A stretch of 64,000 nucleotides of DNA from Candidatus Magasanikiibacteriota bacterium (GTDB lineage: Bacteria; Patescibacteriota; Patescibacteriia; Magasanikbacterales; GWA2-37-8), in the NCBI GenBank assembly GCA_016182085.1, contig JACOYB010000005.1:66061-130060 (forward strand), given 5' to 3'. Positions 20,372 through 30,333 of the stretch are shown one piece after another. The position numbers and the translations under genes were made by a program. The first letter of the stretch is position 1. Each line of letters begins with the position of its first letter. Under the pieces are notes generated by a model. The model searched no databases. It was not told the origin of the DNA and saw nothing but the letters and a program-made list of their open reading frames with translations.

Positions 20372-21349
20372 TTATTTATATAGATAAAAACAGGCTGCAT
20401 CGCCATCGTTTTGCGTGTTAAGCGCCTTGGCTTTTTCTCTAAATGATTCAATTTGCTCTTTACTAAACAACGATTTATCCGGCGCTTCGGCATATGATCT
20501 TGGGTCTCGCAGCGGTATATCTTTTATATATTGCTCACTGCCCCAAAACTGCAGATCATTTGAATCAAACACTACATCCATCTTCCTAAAACCAAGCTTA
20601 TTTTTTAACACTTCCATGCTTTTGGTTGTATGTAAATAAAAATGTCTTGGCGCATCTAGCTGCACCCAATTTACTCCATATGTCTTCCACGCATATGTTC
20701 CGGCTATAGGAATGCGCACCAGCAAGCAGCCCCCGGGTTTTAATAATTTTTGAGCCTTAGCTAATATTTCTTCCTGGCCTTCCATATGCTCAAAAGAATG
20801 GTTGAAAATAATCAAATCATACTCACCGCCCATTTCCTGCAGAGATTTTTTATAAATAGTGAGTCCGCCGTCGTATGTTATATCATTTTTAATAAAAGGA
20901 TCCGCGCCGCGCAAATTAGTAAAACCTGATTTTTGTAATTTAATTAAAAGCCGGCCCGAACCGCAACCAACATCTAAAATAGCCGCGTCAAAAGCGGGTT
21001 GTATGGTTTCGAGCCAGGGATAAAAATCTTCGGGGTCGCGATATTTAAGCGACAATAACTTGCCAAGCAAGGTATTTTCCTTATAAATCTTGTACTGAAT
21101 AAGCTTTTTCTTTAAAAAAATTTTAAATGGACGGTGGGTATACGTTACATCTCCAAATGAATAATAATTGTTTGGATAATGCCGGTCCATGTCAGTTGGA
21201 ATTGTAATGATTTGCAAACAACCGCACTCTCCGCATTCCAAATAATCAAACTGTTCACGAAGCCCAAACATCATTTCTTTGACAGCATATACTTTATTAT
21301 CTTTTCTATTCCCGCAAATCTTACAAAAATGTTCGGTATAATTTTCCAT
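20372..21349 (-). CDS. Class I SAM-dependent methyltransferase with N-terminal Zn-ribbon
   Basis: CxxC...CxxC, LDVGCGSG, HSFEH, PRH motifs. Confidence 0.88.
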   Translation of the reverse strand: MENYTEHFCKICGNRKDNKVYAVKEMMFGLREQFDYLECGECGCLQIITIPTDMDRHYPNNYYSFGDVTYTHRPFKIFLKKKLIQYKIYKENTLLGKLLSLKYRDPEDFYPWLETIQPAFDAAILDVGCGSGRLLIKLQKSGFTNLRGADPFIKNDITYDGGLTIYKKSLQEMGGEYDLIIFNHSFEHMEGQEEILAKAQKLLKPGGCLLVRIPIAGTYAWKTYGVNWVQLDAPRHFYLHTTKSMEVLKNKLGFRKMDVVFDSNDLQFWGSEQYIKDIPLRDPRSYAEAPDKSLFSKEQIESFREKAKALNTQNDGDAACFYLYK

Positions 21350-21419
21350 AAATATATAGAATTCCTTAGCTAAAATTAACGAAAAACGACTCCGTTTTTA
21401 TAGAGTTAGACACTAAATA

Positions 21420-21448
21420 ATCATACCTGACAAAACCTTGCCGGTCAA
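21420..21448 (-). promoter_or_regulatory. Sigma70-type promoter for the leftward glycan operon
   Basis: TTGACC-N17-TATGAT on minus strand. Confidence 0.6.
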
Positions 21449-21493
21449 CTAAATGAAGGCGCTTAAACTTAATATTAATACGAGACAAAAATC

Positions 21494-22294
21494 TTATTGC
21501 CCTTCGGTGCTGACAAAATCATTATAGCGGCTATGCTTAAAGAAATGGCCGATCCAAATCTTATTAAACCAAGGCTGAATAACTTTGTTTTCTAAAAAGT
21601 GATACGGAATCCCTAGTTTTATATTTTCATGAGATTGGTTAAATTCGCAAATAGCCAATCGCTCACCAATAAAATCATTATAAAGTTCTATCTCCGTGCC
21701 TAAAACATCGTCAAAATAACAAAAAAAACGGGGTAAATAATACTTTTCATCAGCCTCCAGCATTTTTAGAGCCACAACTGTTGAAGAATAAAAATCAAAA
21801 TCATACGATACGGCGGCAATCGGCGCGGGATTATACTTTTCAAAAAATTCCTTGGATGTGTCTTTTATATCCCCCAGTATCAATTTAGCTTTTTTCAACT
21901 TCGCCTGCAATCCGGGCACATCCATTTTATAAAAACCTTTTTTCCAATGATACGGCAAGTCGCGATAATCAACCGGTTCTGGCAAACCTTCGCCTGTATC
22001 AAAACCGTAGATATCAATTTCTACGCCAAATATTTTATAGGCTTCTTCCGCATGATATTCAAGGTTTAACAAACCATTTCCTTTAGCTACCCCAAACTCT
22101 AAAACACTTATTCTTTTATAGCCTAATTTTTTCGCTAACGCGGCCGCATTATAAACGCAATAACCATATTCCGGCCGATCTACCGCGCCTAATTTTAAAC
22201 GATCCTCATAAGCGCCAAACTTTTTGACGATCTGCTTGGCAAGAGTGCGCAGCGGATAGGGATCAAAAATTAAATCTTTAATTTTGTTTAACAT
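21494..22294 (-). CDS. TylF/MycF/NovP-related methyltransferase-like protein
   Basis: LEFGVAKG, YGFDTGEGLP, DFDFYSST, FDD motifs. Confidence 0.7.
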   Translation of the reverse strand: MLNKIKDLIFDPYPLRTLAKQIVKKFGAYEDRLKLGAVDRPEYGYCVYNAAALAKKLGYKRISVLEFGVAKGNGLLNLEYHAEEAYKIFGVEIDIYGFDTGEGLPEPVDYRDLPYHWKKGFYKMDVPGLQAKLKKAKLILGDIKDTSKEFFEKYNPAPIAAVSYDFDFYSSTVVALKMLEADEKYYLPRFFCYFDDVLGTEIELYNDFIGERLAICEFNQSHENIKLGIPYHFLENKVIQPWFNKIWIGHFFKHSRYNDFVSTEGQ

Positions 22295-22325
22295 ACATTT
22301 TTAATGAGTACAGTGGATTAAATTA

Positions 22326-23273
22326 TTATTCACAATAAAAATCCGGTTCTGCTTTTTGTAAAAGTTTAATTGTATAATCAGATCTAATTGATTGAATCAC
22401 AGCCGGCAGCCTTTCTTTGTCCGTTGGCTTGTGATAAGCCGAAAGCGCTAACACCGGCTTATCTCTAATAATTACTTTTTTCGCTCCAAGCAAAACATTC
22501 TCTTCATATCCTTCAACGTCCAATTTGATAAATCCAACTTTTTCCTCTCCGACAAAATCATCAAGCTTTATCACTTCTACCAACTGAGAGTTAGTCGCGT
22601 TTGTTGTGGCGCAAATTGTGGCTGACGAATCTCCAGCTTCAGAAAAGTTAATACTTACCTGTTCATTTTTATCTCCTAAAGCTTTATTTACAGGGATAAC
22701 TTTTCCTTCCAGATTATTTAACTTTATTTGTTTTTTTAAAATTTCAAAAGTAGATGTAATGGGCTCAAAGGCATATACCTTCGCCGCTCCAAGCCGGGCG
22801 CAAAAAATAGCAAACTCTCCCAAATTTGATCCACCGTCTATAACCACCTTATCCCTTATATTATCCTGCGAAAGATTATACTGATTTATTAAAACTGCCT
22901 TTGCATATTCGTCCAATATTCTAAAAATACTTAAAAAGGAATCCTTTTCTTCAAAATCAGCTTCTAAAATAATATTTTTACCCTTATCTGCCAATCTAAA
23001 ATGATGGCGCGGAGCTTTTGTATCCAAAAAGGATGTAATTATTTTCTGATACACCAAGCTTGATACTTCCGACTCTCCTTTGCGCAGCTGCAAGCCCAGT
23101 CTGCATTTTATATAAAAAAGCAAAAGTTTTATCAAAACTCCATGTTTTATCGCCACTTTTAATCTTTCTACTGGGGAAAACAGGATTTCTGTAAATCTAT
23201 CTGCCTGCTTGCCATCTAACCAAAATTCTATCTCTTCGTACGAGCCAAAACTCGCCAATGCTTTATGCGCCAT
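22326..23273 (-). CDS. FkbM family methyltransferase
   Basis: IDGGSNLG, YAFEP, IKLDVEGYE, SAYH motifs. Confidence 0.9.
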   Translation of the reverse strand: MAHKALASFGSYEEIEFWLDGKQADRFTEILFSPVERLKVAIKHGVLIKLLLFYIKCRLGLQLRKGESEVSSLVYQKIITSFLDTKAPRHHFRLADKGKNIILEADFEEKDSFLSIFRILDEYAKAVLINQYNLSQDNIRDKVVIDGGSNLGEFAIFCARLGAAKVYAFEPITSTFEILKKQIKLNNLEGKVIPVNKALGDKNEQVSINFSEAGDSSATICATTNATNSQLVEVIKLDDFVGEEKVGFIKLDVEGYEENVLLGAKKVIIRDKPVLALSAYHKPTDKERLPAVIQSIRSDYTIKLLQKAEPDFYCE

Positions 23274-23385
23274 ATTTTAACTAAGATAAATAAAATTATA
23301 GCTAATTTATTAAGGAGGACTGCATTACTCTATAATAATTAGGGCTTATGATACCACACCGACTATACAAGTCAACTAAAATACG

Positions 23386-23414
23386 TTGACCGAGAAAAAT
23401 TTTTATACTATGAT
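23386..23414 (+). promoter_or_regulatory. Sigma70-type promoter for the MBOAT-SGNH pair
   Basis: TTGACC-N17-TATGAT 30 nt upstream of ATG 23444. Confidence 0.6.
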
Positions 23415-23443
23415 AGCAATCAAGATTGATAATTCTTACTAAA

Positions 23444-24922
23444 ATGTTATTCAATTCGTTTAGTTTTTTAATTTTCTTCCCGATCGTTACGATCGTTTAC
23501 TTTGTACTCCCCCATCGTTTTCGTTGGTTTTGGCTGCTGCTGGCCAGCTCATACTTTTACATGAGCTTTGTGCCGATTTATATTTTAATACTCGCCTTTA
23601 CCATCATTGTTGATTATGGCGCCGGTTTAATTATTGAACACACGGAAAACAAAACAAGAAAAAGGGTTCTTTTGATTATAAGTTTGCTCGCCAACATAGG
23701 CATATTATCAATTTTTAAATACGCCAACTTTGGCATCAGCAACATAAACGCGCTCGCCCAGATAATAAACTGGAACTATTCCATAAACCTTTTAACAATT
23801 CTCCTGCCCATCGGACTTTCATTTCACACCTTCCAAAGCTTAAGCTACGTCATAGAAGTTTACCGCGGCAATCAAAAAGCGGAAAAAAATTTAGGCATAT
23901 TTGCCTTATACGTAATGTTCTACCCGCAGCTGGTGGCTGGCCCCATAGAACGTCCGCAGCATTTGCTGCATCAATTCAGAGAAAAGCACGATCTTGATTA
24001 TGAAAAAATCGTCTCTGGCCTTAAATTGATGGCCGTTGGTTTTTTTAAAAAAATGGTAGTCGCCGATCGATTGGCAGAGTTTGTAAATCCCGTATACAAC
24101 AATGCTCACAGCTACTCCGGCTGGCCTCTTATTATAACTACCATATTTTTTGCTTTTCAAATTTATTACGATTTTTCCGGGTATTCCGATATCGCGCGAG
24201 GCGCAGCCAAAATAATGGGGTTTGATTTAATGGTAAATTTTAATAATCCCTATAAATCAAAAACGATCGCGGAATTTTGGAAACGATGGCATATTTCGCT
24301 ATCTTCGTGGTTTAAAGACTATGTCTATATACCTTTGGGAGGCAGCCGAGTAAATAAATTGCGATTCAGCTTTAATATTATGGTAGTTTTTTTATTAAGC
24401 GGCTTATGGCATGGCGCTAATTGGACGTATATTTTATGGGGCGGCCTAAACGGCTTATACCTGATAATTGCCCGCTTTACAGAAAATATACGAACTAAGC
24501 TGGCTAATTTATTATTTAAGGATGATTGGAAAACCATGCAGAGTTTCATGCAGATTGGCACTGCTTTTATTTTAATTTGTTTTTCATGGATACTATTTAG
24601 AGCTCAAAGCATAAGTGACGCTTGGTATATTTTTAAAAATCTCTTGGCCGATAAAAATCTTTTAACCGGACTTATAAACCCCGTTTATATTAAACAGCAC
24701 ATTATGCTTGGCCGCGGGTTTTTAAACTTTACCGTTGTTATTGTGTTTATATTTTTAATAGAATGGGCTCATATCTACGCGGAGAAAAAAAATATTCCTA
24801 TTGAACAGGCTTTGGAAAATAAAAAGTGGTATTATAGATGGTCGGTATATTATTTTCTAATCATAGCTATTGCGGTATTTGGAATTCTAACCCCAACAAA
24901 TTTTATCTATTTTCAATTTTAA
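23444..24922 (+). CDS. MBOAT O-acyltransferase (AlgI/PatA-like) with fused C-terminal FIYFQF motif
   Basis: MLFNS start, LPIGLSFHTFQ, VAGPIER, YYDFSGYSD, FWKRWHISLS, SGLWHGA, ends NFIYFQF. Confidence 0.95.
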   Translation: MLFNSFSFLIFFPIVTIVYFVLPHRFRWFWLLLASSYFYMSFVPIYILILAFTIIVDYGAGLIIEHTENKTRKRVLLIISLLANIGILSIFKYANFGISNINALAQIINWNYSINLLTILLPIGLSFHTFQSLSYVIEVYRGNQKAEKNLGIFALYVMFYPQLVAGPIERPQHLLHQFREKHDLDYEKIVSGLKLMAVGFFKKMVVADRLAEFVNPVYNNAHSYSGWPLIITTIFFAFQIYYDFSGYSDIARGAAKIMGFDLMVNFNNPYKSKTIAEFWKRWHISLSSWFKDYVYIPLGGSRVNKLRFSFNIMVVFLLSGLWHGANWTYILWGGLNGLYLIIARFTENIRTKLANLLFKDDWKTMQSFMQIGTAFILICFSWILFRAQSISDAWYIFKNLLADKNLLTGLINPVYIKQHIMLGRGFLNFTVVIVFIFLIEWAHIYAEKKNIPIEQALENKKWYYRWSVYYFLIIAIAVFGILTPTNFIYFQF

Positions 24923-24937
24923 GAAAGCGGCCCGCTT

Positions 24938-26011
24938 ATGCGCAAACTACTCTTAAAACTCGCTCTATTTCTACCGCTGCTCTTAAGCCTGCTTATCATC
25001 CAACGCCTGGCTTATTCAAGCACTCTGTTTAATACTGCCGAAGCTGTGATTTCAAAAGCCTGGCTCAATGAGGAAAACATTGCTTTTACTTTTGATTACG
25101 ACGATCGCGTAACTCATAAATATTACATTAAAAATAATAACCGGAAAAAAGACGTCATTATTTTTGGATCGAGCCGATCGGCAAAAATTAATAATAATTT
25201 TTTTCCAAAAAAATCTTTTTTTAATCATAATGTTACGGGGGCAGAACTTGAAGATTACATAAGCATCTACCAGCTTTATCGCGCCAAAAAAAACATGCCG
25301 GCCACGGTAGTGTTTGGCCTTGATCCTTGGATACTAGATAGCAAAAATGGCAAGCCAAAACGATGGCTAGATTTGCATAAAGAATTTTATGAGTTAGCCG
25401 GCGCTTTCCCTTTTCCTCGCGATCCAAAAATAGCCCTGTGGTACTTAGGCGAACGATTAAAAGCGCCGTTTTCCATCCCCCATTTTCAATATTCTATTAA
25501 AAAAATAGCTCAAAATATACTGCTGGGGCGCGATCATTCTAAATACTACGCTACCAGCGACATTGAAGGATTTCTACCTATTGTTCATGCCGATGGCAGT
25601 ATTGCCGACAGTCTTAAAATAAGATCTAAGAGTTCAGAGCAGGTGGCCTTAGAAATTCAAGCCCTGCCAAGCAAATGCCCAACTGTTTTAAAAAATACTC
25701 TCAGCAAAGAAAAACAGTTCTTATTCATAAATTTTCTAAAAATTCTAAAAGAAGACAATGTTAAAATAATTTTTTTACTCCCCCCTTTTCACCCGCTTGC
25801 CTATAACGAAATCACTTCTAACCCCCAGTGTCATTTATCTATAGAAGCTGAAACATACTTTAGAGATATTGCCCAAGAAAATAATATCCAAATACTTGGC
25901 TCATATAACCCAAATATATACAGCCTGCAAGATGCTTATTTTTACGATTCCATTCATCCAAAACAAGCGGCTTTGGAAGTTATTTTTAAAAAAGAAGGGC
26001 TGATAAAATAA
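24938..26011 (+). CDS. SGNH-like (DltD/AlgJ-type) partner of MBOAT
   Basis: N-terminal TM, FGSSR, C-terminal FYDSIH. Confidence 0.75.
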   Translation: MRKLLLKLALFLPLLLSLLIIQRLAYSSTLFNTAEAVISKAWLNEENIAFTFDYDDRVTHKYYIKNNNRKKDVIIFGSSRSAKINNNFFPKKSFFNHNVTGAELEDYISIYQLYRAKKNMPATVVFGLDPWILDSKNGKPKRWLDLHKEFYELAGAFPFPRDPKIALWYLGERLKAPFSIPHFQYSIKKIAQNILLGRDHSKYYATSDIEGFLPIVHADGSIADSLKIRSKSSEQVALEIQALPSKCPTVLKNTLSKEKQFLFINFLKILKEDNVKIIFLLPPFHPLAYNEITSNPQCHLSIEAETYFRDIAQENNIQILGSYNPNIYSLQDAYFYDSIHPKQAALEVIFKKEGLIK

Positions 26012-26045
26012 CCCATTTTAAACATTTTAATTTAATTAGTCGTAA

Positions 26046-26074
26046 TTGACAAAAAATTAAAGGATTGTTAAACT
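26046..26074 (+). promoter_or_regulatory. Sigma70-type promoter
   Basis: TTGACA-N17-TAAACT upstream of ATG 26101. Confidence 0.6.
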
Positions 26075-26100
26075 AAACCCAAATAAAATATTTAAATCCT

Positions 26101-27039
26101 ATGAAAATTTTGATAACTGGAGGCGCCGGCTATATCGGTTCATGTCTTATTCCCGAGCTACTCAACGCCGGCCATCAAGTGCGCGTTTTGGACAGTTTGT
26201 TATTTGGGCAAACTTCCCTGCTCCCCTATTTTATAAATAAAAATTTTGAATTTATTAAAGGAGATATTAGAAATGTTGAGTTAGTGCAAAAAGCTGTAAA
26301 CAACATGGATGTAATTATCCATCTTGCGGCTATTGTTGGAGCCCCGGCTTGCAAAAAAGATCCAAAGGTAGCTGAAGAAGTTAATTTTGTAGGCACAGTC
26401 AATGTTAATAACGCGCGAGATGTTTCACAAAAATTATTCTACGCTTCAACGGGCAGTGTCTATGGAAAGGTAGAAGATATTTGCAAAGAAGATTTGCCTG
26501 CCAAACCGCTGTCTAGTTATGGAGAAACCAAACTGCGCGCGGAACAAGAAGTGATGCGCAAGGGAAACGCCATTGCCTATAGATTTGCCACGGCTTTTGG
26601 CTTATCCTCGCGTCTGCGCTTAGATCTCATGCCGAATGATTTTGTATTCAACGCTTTGAAAAATAAATACCTCGTAGTATACGATAAGGGTTTTAAACGA
26701 ACATTTATTCATGTGAGGGACATTGTTTCGGCCTACATGTTTGGCATAAATAATTTTGAAAACATGAAAAATGAAGTCTACAATATTGGCTCTGAAAAAA
26801 TGAATAAAACCAAAGAAGACGTGGCTAATATGATTAGAGAAAAATTGAATTTTGAGATCTTGTTTGTAGATAAGGGCATCCCAGATCCAGACCAAAGAGA
26901 TTATGCCGTTTCATACGAAAAAATTCGCAGCAAAGGTTTTGACACTAAAATTTCATTTGAAGAAGCAATTGACGAGCTGATCTTAGGCCTGCAAACAGTA
27001 CACATCGCCAACCCTTACTCCAACATGTCTTCTTACTAA
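26101..27039 (+). CDS. NAD-dependent NDP-sugar epimerase/dehydratase
   Basis: TGGAGYIG, HLAAIVG, YGETK motifs. Confidence 0.9.
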   Translation: MKILITGGAGYIGSCLIPELLNAGHQVRVLDSLLFGQTSLLPYFINKNFEFIKGDIRNVELVQKAVNNMDVIIHLAAIVGAPACKKDPKVAEEVNFVGTVNVNNARDVSQKLFYASTGSVYGKVEDICKEDLPAKPLSSYGETKLRAEQEVMRKGNAIAYRFATAFGLSSRLRLDLMPNDFVFNALKNKYLVVYDKGFKRTFIHVRDIVSAYMFGINNFENMKNEVYNIGSEKMNKTKEDVANMIREKLNFEILFVDKGIPDPDQRDYAVSYEKIRSKGFDTKISFEEAIDELILGLQTVHIANPYSNMSSY

Positions 27040-27047
27040 AAGCGCTT

Positions 27048-27980
27048 ATGAAGCTAAAGATTTTAGTTCTGGGCGGCAGCGGGTTTGTCGGTCAACATCT
27101 GACCAAAGCTTTACAAAAAACCGAACATGAAATTTTTTCCGCTTCCCGCATAGACGGTCTTGACTTAAGAGATTATACAAATACCGCCGCATATTTTGGC
27201 AACATAAAGCCTGACGTTATTTTTAATTGCGCTGCTCATGTTGGCAGCGTGCATTATGTAACTACCTACGCAGCCGATGTTATCACTGATAACTTACAAA
27301 TGTCTTTAAATATTTATAAGGCGGCCGCAGAGGTTTGTCCGCAAGCGAAGATAGTAAATCTTCTTTCAAATTGCTCATACCCGGGCGCAGCTGACATTCA
27401 AATAGAATCAGAATGGTGGAACGGACCGGTTCATGAGTCGGTTTTTTCTTACGGAAATTCCAAAAAAGCGCTCTATATGATCGCCAAATGTTATGCCAAA
27501 CAACATAATATAAAAAGCGTTAATTTTTTAGTGCCTAACACATTTGGCCCGGGCGACTCTACGGACCCAAATAAAACTCACGCGCTTAACGGAATGCTCA
27601 TTCGCATGATTGAAGCTCAGAAAAAAGGAGATACCCAGTTTGAAATTTGGGGTACGGGCAGTCCGGTGCGAGAATGGGCTTATATTGATGATGTGGTAAG
27701 TATTTTAGTTAAAAGCATGGATATAACAGAGGATCTGTTAGAGCCGGTCAATCTCGCCCAAAACAAAGGCTACACGATCAAAGAATCGGCGCAATTTATC
27801 GCCGAAGCCTTGGGATTTGAGGGCGAGCTTGTATTTAATACTAAATATGCCGATGGCGCGCCGGTAAAAATTCTAGATGATAAAAAATTCAGATCCATGT
27901 TTCCGGATTTTGTTTTCGCCAATCATAAAGAAGGCATCAAAAAAACCGCTCTCTACTATCAATCAAAATTACAGGGGTAA
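27048..27980 (+). CDS. GDP-L-fucose synthase-like epimerase/reductase
   Basis: GGSGFVG, CAAHVG, SNCSYP, YGNSK, WGTGSPVRE motifs. Confidence 0.85.
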   Translation: MKLKILVLGGSGFVGQHLTKALQKTEHEIFSASRIDGLDLRDYTNTAAYFGNIKPDVIFNCAAHVGSVHYVTTYAADVITDNLQMSLNIYKAAAEVCPQAKIVNLLSNCSYPGAADIQIESEWWNGPVHESVFSYGNSKKALYMIAKCYAKQHNIKSVNFLVPNTFGPGDSTDPNKTHALNGMLIRMIEAQKKGDTQFEIWGTGSPVREWAYIDDVVSILVKSMDITEDLLEPVNLAQNKGYTIKESAQFIAEALGFEGELVFNTKYADGAPVKILDDKKFRSMFPDFVFANHKEGIKKTALYYQSKLQG

Positions 27981-27981
27981 T

Positions 27982-28758
27982 ATGGCCGCAGCAAATGCTC
28001 TTATCGGCTATACTGGATTTGTCGGAGGAAATATTTTAGACCAAAAATCGTTTGATTTTTTGTACAACTCTAAAAATATTGAAACGATTGCGGGCAAAAA
28101 ATTTGACGTGGTAGTCTGCGCTGGCGTACCAGCCGTAAAATGGCTGGCAAACAAAGAGCCCGAAAATGATCGCGCTATTATTAAAAAGTTAACTGATAAT
28201 CTAGAAAAAATAGAAGCCAAAAAATTCATCCTAATTTCTACAGTTGACGTCTATCCAGCTACTAAAAAAATAAATGAAGATTGTGTTATTGACACGCAAA
28301 TCTTGCAGCCTTACGGCAAACATAGACGACAGCTTGAGGAATTTATCTCGCAGCGTTTTGATTCCCTCATTGTCCGATTACCCGGACTATTTGGAAGAGG
28401 ATTGAAAAAAAATCCTTTATTTGACTTGATGCAGGGAAATTTTACTTATATTCATCCCGAAAACACTCTCCAGTTTTATAACCTGGCCTATATATGGAAA
28501 GATATCAATAAATCACTGGAAAATAATCTAAAAGTTGTAAACTTTGTTACGGAACCGGTAGCGCTTAAAGTGCGCGCCGAAAAAACTTTAAAAACCCATT
28601 TGCCGGATAACCCCGCTCCTCCCACTCAATCATACGATATCTCCACCAAACATGCGGCGCTATGGGGAAATACCAACTCTTACCTATACTCCAAAAAACA
28701 AGTCCTAGAAGACATCAAAACATTTATCAGCTCATATAATAAATCACAGACTGGATAA
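27982..28758 (+). CDS. NAD(P)-dependent sugar epimerase-family protein
   Basis: ALIGYTGFVG, ISTVDVY, YGKHR, RLPGLFG; start MAAAN (27982). Confidence 0.8.
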   Translation: MAAANALIGYTGFVGGNILDQKSFDFLYNSKNIETIAGKKFDVVVCAGVPAVKWLANKEPENDRAIIKKLTDNLEKIEAKKFILISTVDVYPATKKINEDCVIDTQILQPYGKHRRQLEEFISQRFDSLIVRLPGLFGRGLKKNPLFDLMQGNFTYIHPENTLQFYNLAYIWKDINKSLENNLKVVNFVTEPVALKVRAEKTLKTHLPDNPAPPTQSYDISTKHAALWGNTNSYLYSKKQVLEDIKTFISSYNKSQTG

Positions 28759-28779
28759 ACAGTCTGTGATTTATTATAT
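28734..28779. terminator. Perfect 20-bp inverted repeat between convergent genes; likely bidirectional terminator
   Basis: ATATAATAAATCACAGACTG-gataaa-CAGTCTGTGATTTATTATAT. Confidence 0.65.
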
Positions 28780-28805
28780 ATTACTTTTTCTCAAAACTTC
28801 CACCC

Positions 28806-30317
28806 TTATTGATTTTTATTTTCAATATTTGAATCATAAGCAAGCTTTCGCCATTTAAATAACTGCACTAACGGATACACCCAAACAGTTAAAACAATCA
28901 TATATTGGAACCATAATTCAGAGGGCGCGTCCGTGCCGCGCAAAACATGATTATATATCCAAGGAATATAAAAGGATAAAAGCGGCACAATACTGAGCCA
29001 GATTAAAATCTTTTTAAGGAAAATGGATGGCGACAAATAAAGATAGATTAAACCAAACGGTAAAAGCCAAGATATATACCATGGCCAAAATGATTTTTGC
29101 CAAATCGCTAAATAAATGAGCATGCTGATAAAAATCGCGCCCACATACTGGGCTGGCTGCCACTGCGTCCGCTTAAGCAAAACCAAGACAGCTTTCTTAA
29201 ATAATGGATAAATAAAATACAGAGCCAAAAGAAATACGGCTGCATGCAAGGCTCTCGTTAATATCCAATGGGCTTTTTCCGTAAATAATTGTACAAATAA
29301 TGGCTTTAACGAATAATAAGAAGCGGAAAAAATACTGCTGACCGCCCATTTAGTTTGTAATAGAATTGGCTTAAGTATCTGCGGGCCTTGCCAGAAGGGG
29401 TTCCATAGCAAATAGGTCATGAGGATACCGGCCATGATGCCCACAGCCGCTTGGCTCAAGTTTTGTTTCCAATTGGACATATTTGTATCTTGCCACCACC
29501 ACAAGGCAAACCAGGGAGCCATAAGCAAGGGGATAAATTTAACCCAGATTCCTACAACCAGCAATATAATCACCAACCACCAATATTTTTTAATTGCCGC
29601 GAGGATTGCCAGCAGTACAAATACAACCCACAACACATCAAATTGCCCATTCCCCAGCCACTGCCAGACAATCATTGGCTGAACGCACCACCAAAGATAA
29701 AAATTCAATTTTTCAAATTTAGCATTAGAAAGCAATTGTATAATTTTCCAACTCACCAAAGCTGAAACAAATAAACCTAACAGGAGCAACAGCTTCCACA
29801 CTAAGACAAAAGCCAGAAAATTTCCTTGACTCAAGTTAAATACCAAAGTAAAAAAACCAAGCGTTATTGGACCATACATTATACCGTTTAAATTCGTCCC
29901 TTTAGGTTCGCAGGCATACATGTTAGCCATATACCAATCCTGGGCAAATACATTCGTACCCTGGCTCAAGGCCTTACCCGCGCTAAAGTAAAAACTTATA
30001 TCATGCGTGTTTAATGATGGCATCAGTATTGCAGCGAGCAGTAACAATCCTCCAACCGCATACAGCCATTTTTTATGTGTAACAGTTGCTACAGCCGCTT
30101 CGGAATGGATGAGTGTATAAGCAAAAAAAGCGCTTACAGCTAAGGAAGCGATAAATAACGGATAAAATAATAATGACCAGGGTATCCCGGCCAAATTTAA
30201 GCGGCCCAAAAAATTACAGTTTGCGCCGAAATTTATATAAGATACAATGGACCAAACTAAAACTACCAGCCATCCGATAATTCCCGCGCCTATGATTACT
30301 TTAGGTTTTGTAATCAT
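28806..30317 (-). CDS. GT-C polyprenol-phosphate-sugar-dependent glycosyltransferase (MptA/MptB-like)
   Basis: Polytopic; HDISFY, YGP, NGQFD, VKF, FWPWY motifs. Confidence 0.75.
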   Translation of the reverse strand: MITKPKVIIGAGIIGWLVVLVWSIVSYINFGANCNFLGRLNLAGIPWSLLFYPLFIASLAVSAFFAYTLIHSEAAVATVTHKKWLYAVGGLLLLAAILMPSLNTHDISFYFSAGKALSQGTNVFAQDWYMANMYACEPKGTNLNGIMYGPITLGFFTLVFNLSQGNFLAFVLVWKLLLLLGLFVSALVSWKIIQLLSNAKFEKLNFYLWWCVQPMIVWQWLGNGQFDVLWVVFVLLAILAAIKKYWWLVIILLVVGIWVKFIPLLMAPWFALWWWQDTNMSNWKQNLSQAAVGIMAGILMTYLLWNPFWQGPQILKPILLQTKWAVSSIFSASYYSLKPLFVQLFTEKAHWILTRALHAAVFLLALYFIYPLFKKAVLVLLKRTQWQPAQYVGAIFISMLIYLAIWQKSFWPWYISWLLPFGLIYLYLSPSIFLKKILIWLSIVPLLSFYIPWIYNHVLRGTDAPSELWFQYMIVLTVWVYPLVQLFKWRKLAYDSNIENKNQ

Positions 30318-30333
30318 ACACCCAAATTAAAAT

